NCBI GenBank assembly: GCA_965656375.1 | Contig: CBFHKH010000001.1 | Span: 514,845 to 578,844 of the forward strand | Source of the DNA: Minisyncoccia bacterium | GTDB lineage: Bacteria; Patescibacteriota; Minisyncoccia; Phycocordibacterales; UBA9973 | Length of the DNA: 64,000 nt | Direction: 5' to 3' | Shown here: one piece after another, positions 49,609 to 56,154 of the stretch | Layout: every line of letters starts with the position of its first letter | Numbering within the stretch: the stretch's first letter is position 1 | Translations under genes and position numbers: made by a program | Notes under the pieces: generated by a model | What the model was told of the DNA's origin: nothing | What the model saw: the letters and a program-made list of their open reading frames with translations, nothing else | Database searches by the model: none

Positions 49609-49957
49609 GAAATGATAATAGAGAGGAAGGCAAATGCTTTCCTCTTTTTTTTGTGGAACTGGGCGGAGTTGAGTCACTGATATTTTTCTGCTGAAAAATT
49701 CCGCGACCCCGTCTCGGCTCGTCAGCCTCCGACCGTTCAACTCCTATCCCTACTTACCCCATATACCCAAAAAGCCTGCCATCCGAGGCAGCCTTTTATT
49801 GGTATTGTGGACTACCCCAGATTAAGGTACGAACACAAAAAATCATCAAATTCCTCTCCCTTACAAAAACACAAACCCATTGCTTGGGATGAAATCGAGA
49901 AAGAATTGTTCGTCTTAGAAGAGATTCTAAAATCTGATTCTTCTGAAGATGATCCTT

Positions 49958-50128
49958 TTACTTCTTCTGTATTTCCTCCATAGGCTTTTCAGGTTTGTTT
50001 TCGAGCTGCCAGAAGAAGGCCTCTACAACAATATCAGCTAAGATGCCTATTTGCTCATCTTCGGTGATATCCGGATTTCGTAGCCTAGCTATCATATCTT
50101 CTAGCTCATATCTTACAACTGTATCCAT
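49958..50128 (-). CDS. Small acidic hypothetical protein (56 aa)
   Basis: Manual translation MDTVVRYELEDMIARLRNPDITEDEQIGILADIVVEAFFWQLENKPEKPMEEIQKK; divergent from the XRE gene. Confidence 0.4.
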   Translation of the reverse strand: MDTVVRYELEDMIARLRNPDITEDEQIGILADIVVEAFFWQLENKPEKPMEEIQKK

Positions 50129-50210
50129 ATCCACCGGTTATACCAGAATTTGCAGCATATGCAAATTCCCCGCCCTTACTAGCTGTATCATTAATTTTTA
50201 TAATTACACT

Positions 50211-50453
50211 ATGAACAAACGAAAAGAGATTGTTCCAAACAATTTGAAAGAGTATCGATTGAAAGCAGGGCTAACACAGAAGGAAGTTGCGAAATTACTT
50301 TGCTTACAATGTGAAGATCGCCTGTCTCATTGGGAAAAAGGACAAGCTGTTCCTTCTATCAAAAATATTATTAAGCTTTGTGGTATCTATCAAACCACTT
50401 TTGAAGAAGTATTTAATGTTCTTAAAAAACAAAATCCAAAACTAAAAATATAA
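50211..50453 (+). CDS. XRE-family HTH regulator
   Basis: NNLKEYRLKAGLTQKEVA...SHWEKG..PS; TATAAT 6 nt before the ATG at 50211. Confidence 0.88.
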   Translation: MNKRKEIVPNNLKEYRLKAGLTQKEVAKLLCLQCEDRLSHWEKGQAVPSIKNIIKLCGIYQTTFEEVFNVLKKQNPKLKI

Positions 50454-50754
50454 TCGAAAGGATAATAGGAATAGCCTTTAAACAAAAAATTATTGTAAAA
50501 TATTTTTTAACTCCCGGCTGATTCAAAAAATCTATGCGAAGATTAGCCGGATTGAGAAAAGTTTCTGGAGTAAGAACGCTAAAAACAGATGCATATACGC
50601 CGAATATTGCAGAGAAGGTTGCATATTCCTTATTTAAACGAATGGCTGCAATAATAGTGACTGCTAATGGAATCAATGAGAGAAAGCAAATTTCAAGGAA
50701 CTTAAAAAATCCTTTCTTTGCTTGAGCTTCTGAGAGTGGTGGAGTATATGACAT
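50422..50754 (-). CDS. Small membrane protein
   Basis: Three hydrophobic segments; last gene of the minus-strand islet operon. Confidence 0.55.
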   Translation of the reverse strand: MSYTPPLSEAQAKKGFFKFLEICFLSLIPLAVTIIAAIRLNKEYATFSAIFGVYASVFSVLTPETFLNPANLRIDFLNQPGVKKYFTIIFCLKAIPIILSIIFLVLDFVF

Positions 50755-50763
50755 AAAATATTT

Positions 50764-51594
50764 TTATCTTGATAGCTGAGTAATTGCAGCCTGCAAAACC
50801 TGCCAGCAGATTTTTGCAGTATGTTCATCAGGATTAAAATTCGATGACATTTGTGCATATGGGTGAATGTAATTCCTAAAATCACGCAAGGCATGGCTAA
50901 ACTTCTTCACATCTTCACCAAGTAAATTAATATCCCTAGCAACATTTATAAAATCATTTAAAGCCCAATTTGGAAATTGCTTTACAGTTCCTCCTCTATC
51001 CCTTGGGCTAAGAGAACTTCGATTAAAATTTTGAGGATCCTTCGTTGCTATTCCAAGTAAAATTCCTTCCAATGTACTCCCGCAAAGAAAAATAACGGCT
51101 AAAGATGCTTTAGCATTGAGGCATTTAGCAATCTCATCCATTCTCTGTTCAAGAACACTGGTTATGCTACTGTCCAATCCTAGTTTATGAATAGAAACAT
51201 TCTTAAATTCTTTGCTAATAAAATCCTCTTCTTTCATCTCCGGGGTTTGGGTTTTAATACCAAGCAATTTATTAGCCACTGACCTGCCTGCCACCACTAA
51301 ATCATCGGGGAAATCTGACTTTTTTAAATTGCCTAATAGGATTTGATTTTCAATATACTCAATAAGCTTCGAAATCGATTTTCCAACCAAGGGATCATCA
51401 GCAACTTTCCAAAAGCCCCTGAGTCGATTAGCTTTGGAGCCACTCGCATAATTATATTTGTCATCATAAATATTTATACCAACATCGTCCTGGAAAAACT
51501 CTCCCATTGTTCTATCAGTAAAATTTAAAACATAGCCAGTCATTTGGAAGAGTTTCTCTAATATCTGCTTTTCGTTGGTACCAAGATTTGCCAT
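50764..51594 (-). CDS. Abi-like N-terminal domain fused to a HEPN-like domain
   Basis: GYVLNFTDRT...GSKANRLRGFW N-terminus; C-terminal GSTLEGILL...LRDFRNYIHP (R-x-H HEPN-like motif). Confidence 0.65.
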   Translation of the reverse strand: MANLGTNEKQILEKLFQMTGYVLNFTDRTMGEFFQDDVGINIYDDKYNYASGSKANRLRGFWKVADDPLVGKSISKLIEYIENQILLGNLKKSDFPDDLVVAGRSVANKLLGIKTQTPEMKEEDFISKEFKNVSIHKLGLDSSITSVLEQRMDEIAKCLNAKASLAVIFLCGSTLEGILLGIATKDPQNFNRSSLSPRDRGGTVKQFPNWALNDFINVARDINLLGEDVKKFSHALRDFRNYIHPYAQMSSNFNPDEHTAKICWQVLQAAITQLSR

Positions 51595-51599
51595 TATGC

Positions 51600-52034
51600 T
51601 TAGTTTAATAAAGAGTCAAAATCAACAATTGCTTTTCTAAATATGTTTTCAATAGCCTTTACCGTCTCCTCATTCACGCTGGCTGGGCTGCTCGCCACCC
51701 ACTTTGCCAAGTTATACAATTCTTGGGGAGATAACGATAACCATTTTTCGTTCTTCCCCAGGAATATAAGAAGAGACATGACAGCCACACGCTTATTCCC
51801 ATTCTGAAACGGATGATTTTTAATCATGAGATAAAACAAGATTGCAGCTTTACTAATCAATCCTTTATACAAATCTCCTTTGTATGTCTGGAACGGTGCC
51901 AGGATGCATTGTTCAAGGGCCCGAGGGTAGCGAGTTGAAAACTCAGGAATTGGCTCTCCCCATTCTAAATATTTTCGAGCAAGTTCATGTGCAGAATATT
52001 CGATTTCTTCCATTGTCAGCCGTTTGGTTTTCAT
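51600..52034 (-). CDS. Doc-family (Fic/Doc) toxin
   Basis: KAAILFYLMIKNHPFQNGNKR. Confidence 0.9.
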   Translation of the reverse strand: MKTKRLTMEEIEYSAHELARKYLEWGEPIPEFSTRYPRALEQCILAPFQTYKGDLYKGLISKAAILFYLMIKNHPFQNGNKRVAVMSLLIFLGKNEKWLSLSPQELYNLAKWVASSPASVNEETVKAIENIFRKAIVDFDSLLN

Positions 52035-52036
52035 AC

Positions 52037-52306
52037 CTATTCTCGGCCAAGCATACGAATTGTTTCTCCGTAGTCTTTAATGGTTTTATCTACTAAGGCT
52101 TTTATTTCCTGTTTATCAATTTCTGTGAGTGGTCGGGTATCAAGATGCTTAATGACTTCCTCATGAGGAATAACATAATTACGACCAATCTTATGTGCCT
52201 TAATTGATCCATCTTTGATCCAGCGAAAAACTGTAACCCGGGTTACATCGAGAATTTTAGCGACTTCAGAAGTTGAAAAATAATTTTGACCATGTAACGA
52301 TTCCAT
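52037..52306 (-). CDS. Excisionase-type HTH protein, probable antitoxin
   Basis: FSTSEVAKILDVTRVTVFRWIKDGSIKAHKIG; C-terminal helix YGETIRMLGRE; 2 nt upstream of doc. Confidence 0.8.
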   Translation of the reverse strand: MESLHGQNYFSTSEVAKILDVTRVTVFRWIKDGSIKAHKIGRNYVIPHEEVIKHLDTRPLTEIDKQEIKALVDKTIKDYGETIRMLGRE

Positions 52307-52315
52307 AGGCCTATG

Positions 52316-52329
52316 GTAACATATGTTAC
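52316..52329. promoter_or_regulatory. Palindromic operator over the TA promoter
   Basis: Perfect palindrome gtaacatatgttac overlapping TGtTACCAT; extra half-sites near 52293 and 52345. Confidence 0.6.
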
Positions 52330-52420
52330 ATAACTATGCAAGAGTTGTTACATTTCCTATTTATTAGGATGCTATGAAATAAGCCTTTTTTAGAAATATA
52401 ACTTGTTATTTCTAACAATG

Positions 52421-52816
52421 TGGAACTGGGCGGAGTTGAACCGCCATGCAAAAGATGTTCATAGATGAATCTACATGTGTATCATGTTCGATTGGGTTTA
52501 AATATGAAAGCTAGAGAACACGCAATATACTTTCACACCGAGCTTTTCATTGTCGAGATCTCTCGCAAGCGGTGAGAGATCCGTAACCCGATAAATTATG
52601 CCTCTCCTCTGTATCGGATGTCGAGAAGAGAGACACCTGACTGGCTTAAATTAAGCGAGTGCAGGAGCGAAGTTGAAACCAAATGCGTTAGCAAATGGTG
52701 ACTTCACCATAGCGACTTTGTTTGCACGTAGTCTTTTGGAAGTAGTTTAGCGAGATACCTCCGCACTCGACACGCACATCTATGAGGACGAACCTTTGTC
52801 GAAGCCCGTCAGTCCC
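52421..52816 (-). ncRNA. ssrA: tmRNA
   Basis: Acceptor GGGACTG/CAGTTCC with G3-U, 5' TTCGAC, T arm GGCGG-TTCAACT-CCGCC, tag frame 52725-52651 ANKVAMVKSPFANAFGFNFAPALA*; directly downstream of smpB. Confidence 0.95.
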
Positions 52817-52837
52817 ATGTATTTTACTTTCAAAGAA

Positions 52838-53281
52838 TTACCGTTTATATTCTCTTCGGATCTCCCGATCCGTATCACGTTTCTTTATGGTCTCTCGTTT
52901 GTCGTAATTTTTCTTTCCTTTTACAACTGCGAGTTCTACCTTAATGAGGCGCCCCTTACTATACAATGAGAGTGGGACCAAGGTCAAACCCTTTTTCTTG
53001 TCCTCATCTGCCAAGCGTTGTATTTGTTTCTTTGAAAGAAGAAGCTTCCTCGTACGAGTTGGATCATAGTCTGTAGGGGTATTACCAACTTGATAGGGCG
53101 GAATCTGCATGTTCATAAGGAACACTTCCCCACCACGAACAATTGCGAACGCACCTAGAAGTATAGCCCGCCCACCCTTGATAGACTTTACTTCAAATCC
53201 AAAAAGCTCAATACCTGCCTCGTATTTTTCAATCACTTCAAAATTAAAGTGAGCTTTTCTATTGTCAATCAATACGGTCAT
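52838..53281 (-). CDS. smpB: SsrA-binding protein
   Basis: NRKAHFNF, EAGIELFGFEVKSIK, RTRKLLL, KGKKNYDKRETIK. Confidence 0.97.
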   Translation of the reverse strand: MTVLIDNRKAHFNFEVIEKYEAGIELFGFEVKSIKGGRAILLGAFAIVRGGEVFLMNMQIPPYQVGNTPTDYDPTRTRKLLLSKKQIQRLADEDKKKGLTLVPLSLYSKGRLIKVELAVVKGKKNYDKRETIKKRDTDREIRREYKR

Positions 53282-53400
53282 ATATCTATAGTATCATACT
53301 CTTTGCGCATACTTGGATAAAAAATAACCGACCCAAAAATGGAATCGGTATTTTAGTGATCAGAGGGATAATTTCTTATACAGTTTGTTTGCTTGTTCAA

Positions 53401-53544
53401 TTAAAAATTATTTTCTTTAATATCTTCATCTGGAGGAGAATTCAAATCTCTTATTAAAAGAAAAAGAAGGATTGGCAAGAAAATAGATAAATAGTGAGCA
53501 TTTTCCCTATAAAAGGAACTTAATAAAATAATGTTAACTGTCAT
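53401..53544 (-). CDS. Possible small membrane protein (47 aa)
   Basis: Manual translation MTVNIILLSSFYRENAHYLSIFLPILLFLLIRDLNSPPDEDIKENNF; promoter-like sequence upstream and hairpin downstream. Confidence 0.35.
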   Translation of the reverse strand: MTVNIILLSSFYRENAHYLSIFLPILLFLLIRDLNSPPDEDIKENNF

Positions 53545-53710
53545 TAGCGGTTAGTTTTGAATTTAAAATTGTTTTATTTAGTTATTTATACCACATTATT
53601 TTATATAAAGCAAATTTGAGAAATATAAAAAAATGCCGTCCAAAGAGCGGTAAGCCTGACGACATTTTTTGTATACCTCCGAACACTCGAAGCAAGGTAT
53701 AGTTTTGTGA

Positions 53711-53920
53711 TTAATTATGTACTTCTTCTATTCTTTTAAATCTTTTGAAAGCACTGTATATGCAAACACAAAAGAAATACATGCATGCCAGTATTACAAT
53801 TCCAGAAAGCATTCCCTCTCCGGTGAGATATACATGTGCAGCAATTGAAAGAATTACAAACAAAATAGCTTTCAAAATCCAGAGAACTCCCTGGAGTTTG
53901 TTTGATAACATTTTTTTCAT
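53711..53920 (-). CDS. Small two-TM protein
   Basis: Two hydrophobic helices; TTGACT...TATAAT upstream. Confidence 0.55.
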   Translation of the reverse strand: MKKMLSNKLQGVLWILKAILFVILSIAAHVYLTGEGMLSGIVILACMYFFCVCIYSAFKRFKRIEEVHN

Positions 53921-54040
53921 AAAACAATTTTAATGATGAATTTAATGGATTTCCTTTAAATCAATACCAAATACTGTTCTGACGAAATATTAAAACAATT
54001 ATATCAGATTTACCTGTAAAAGTCAAGTAAAAAAGCCTTA

Positions 54041-54862
54041 TTAAGTAAGGCTTTTTATATCAGAAGCCGTATATTTCCCTACTTTTATGCGTTTTATAGA
54101 GTAAGTTACAAGAGGTACTCCTATCTTTTCTCCTATGTCATGTACAAGCTGACGGATATAAGTACCGCTAGAGCAGTGTATGATACACCTAAACAAAGTA
54201 AATTCTGTCTGATTAGATTCTTCAAATGTTCTATTCCATGCGTTCATAATTTCCTCTTGTCTGAAATCTCCATGTACGAGCCCTATGCGCCGCAATATCT
54301 CCTTTTGCAAATCATCTTTTGTAAATATCATCTCGCTAGTACACTGTAACGTATGAATCGTCACTTCATGTTCTGGAAGTATGTCAGGTAGAGTATCATC
54401 TTTGGAAAGCTGGAAGAGCTGTTTGCCTCCAACTGTCTTTGAAGAGAATGGTGGGTATTTTTGAGTCAAAGTTCCAATAAAAGACATTAGTATCTGAGCG
54501 AGGTCGGAGAGAGGATTTGAAACGGTCTGGCCGAGACCATCTGAGAATTTGGCGAGGAGATCCGAGGACCTTTCAAATCCTCTCTCCGACGTAATGACTT
54601 TTCCGAGCAAATCGTACGTATCAGTTTCAAACCCTACCAATATCTCAAACTCGTATGTCTTATCGAGGCCAAGGTATTTTTCCTTATTTTTGCATTCATC
54701 GCCAATAAGGAGGATCAGAATGCCTTCTGCCATTGGATCAAGCCTCCCTGCGTATGTCATAGGAATATCATTTTGTATACCGTATTCAAGTCTCGATCTT
54801 TCGAGACATTCAAGGGGTGTTTCCCCTAGATTTTTACAGGCGATGACCACAGATAGCGACAT
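54041..54862 (-). CDS. truB: tRNA pseudouridine-55 synthase-like
   Basis: YAGRLDPMAEG catalytic Asp, TDTYDLLG, YPPFSS, CSSGTYIRQL. Confidence 0.88.
   Translation of the reverse strand: MSLSVVIACKNLGETPLECLERSRLEYGIQNDIPMTYAGRLDPMAEGILILLIGDECKNKEKYLGLDKTYEFEILVGFETDTYDLLGKVITSERGFERSSDLLAKFSDGLGQTVSNPLSDLAQILMSFIGTLTQKYPPFSSKTVGGKQLFQLSKDDTLPDILPEHEVTIHTLQCTSEMIFTKDDLQKEILRRIGLVHGDFRQEEIMNAWNRTFEESNQTEFTLFRCIIHCSSGTYIRQLVHDIGEKIGVPLVTYSIKRIKVGKYTASDIKSLT
54503..54590. repeat. Palindromic element, copy B, in-frame inside truB
   Basis: Perfect 20-bp inverted repeat gtcggagagaggatttgaaa / tttcaaatcctctctccgac around a core shared with the ligA insert. Confidence 0.85.
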
Positions 54863-54937
54863 ATTGCCATACTAGCATAGATATGCTAGTATTGTTCCAG
54901 GTAGGCTAGTCGTATCTTGCGTCCAAAGACAGAGGAT

Positions 54938-55480
54938 ATGCAATCTATTTATACTAGTGGCAATCATAATTTGAGAGAAAGAATCAACAATCAAATACGA
55001 GCTAATGAGATTCGCGTACTCTCGAGCACAGGTGAGAACCTCGGTGTTTTGAGTTTCAAAGAAGCATTTGCTCTTGCCCAGAAAGAAGGGCTTGATCTGA
55101 TTGAAATATCTCCCAATGCAAAGCCACCAATAGTAAAGATAGCCAACTACGGCAAATACCAATACGAGCAGAACAAGAAGCAAAAAAAAGCTAAGGCAGG
55201 TGCAAAGACAACTGAAACCAAATCTATCCAAATAAAGATAGGTACCGGTGACAACGACCTTGCGCTCAAAGCAAAGAAAGCTTCAGAATGGCTCAAGGAA
55301 GGTCACCGTATCAAAGTAGAGCTCTTCCTATCTGGCCGTTCGAAATTTATGCCAGACCCATTCTTGAAAGAACGCCTTGATCGTGTACTGCATCTCATTA
55401 CTGAGAATTTCAAGATTGCAGAAGATTACAAAAAAGGACCAAAGGGGCCAACCATTACTATAGAAAAAGATAAGAAATAA
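54938..55480 (+). CDS. infC: Translation initiation factor IF-3 (start uncertain: ATG 54938, ATT 54947 or TTG 54971)
   Basis: RINNQIRANEIRV, LDLIEISPNAKPPIVKI, GKYQYE. Confidence 0.95.
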   Translation: MQSIYTSGNHNLRERINNQIRANEIRVLSSTGENLGVLSFKEAFALAQKEGLDLIEISPNAKPPIVKIANYGKYQYEQNKKQKKAKAGAKTTETKSIQIKIGTGDNDLALKAKKASEWLKEGHRIKVELFLSGRSKFMPDPFLKERLDRVLHLITENFKIAEDYKKGPKGPTITIEKDKK

Positions 55481-55483
55481 TTT

Positions 55484-55678
55484 ATGAGTATCAAAACAAA
55501 CAAATCATTAACGAAGCGATTGAAGATCACAAAGAAGGGCAAAGTCCTCGCTCGAGCACCCGGTTTCAATCACTTTAATGCACGACAAACAAGAAAAAAA
55601 CAGCTCGGTGGCAAGAAAATGCAGAATTTCCCTATTTCAACAAAGAATGCTCGTACATATCTAGCAAACGCAAAGTAA
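55484..55678 (+). CDS. rpmI: 50S ribosomal protein L35
   Basis: KTNKSLTKRLKITKKGK; infC-rpmI-rplT order. Confidence 0.9.
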   Translation: MSIKTNKSLTKRLKITKKGKVLARAPGFNHFNARQTRKKQLGGKKMQNFPISTKNARTYLANAK

Positions 55679-55770
55679 TTATAAATATTAAAAGTTACGC
55701 GAATTATATTCTTTCCTCGGGTAAAGTCACCAGACCGGCCCGGAAATAAAATAATTCGCTCCACAATATC

Positions 55771-56112
55771 ATGACAAGAGTAAAAAGAGGAACAATGAAA
55801 AATAAGCGTCGAAAGAATATCTTGGTACAGACCAAGGGATTCCGTTTCGGACGCAGTACAAAGGTTGCACAGGCAACAGAAGCCCTTGCTCATGCAGGAG
55901 CATATTCATTCGCTCACAGAAAAGACAAGAAAGCAGATGCTCGAGCACTCTGGACTACTCGTATTAACGCAGCAGCTCGCCCACAAGGAATTTCATACAG
56001 TAAGCTTATCGATGGACTTGCAAAGAAAAAGATCAGCCTTGATCGCAAAATCCTCGCTGACCTTGCAGAAAACAACCCTGAAACGTTTGCTCGAGTCGTA
56101 AAAAGCATCTAA
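55771..56112 (+). CDS. rplT: 50S ribosomal protein L20
   Basis: MTRVKRG, RALWTTRINAAAR, SYSKLI, LDRKILADLA. Confidence 0.97.
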   Translation: MTRVKRGTMKNKRRKNILVQTKGFRFGRSTKVAQATEALAHAGAYSFAHRKDKKADARALWTTRINAAARPQGISYSKLIDGLAKKKISLDRKILADLAENNPETFARVVKSI

Positions 56113-56118
56113 CTTAAA

Positions 56119-56154
56119 AATAAAAAATCCCTTCAATTGAAGGGATTTTTTATT
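56119..56154. terminator. Bidirectional terminator
   Basis: aataaaaaatcccttc-aatt-gaagggattttttatt between convergent genes. Confidence 0.75.

Larger units (their letters stand above)
49652..52439. mobile_element. Decayed islet integrated at the tmRNA 3' end
   Basis: 21-bp direct repeat tgtggaactgggcggagttga at 49652-49672 and 52419-52439; cargo of TA/defence-like genes; no intact integrase. Confidence 0.8.
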
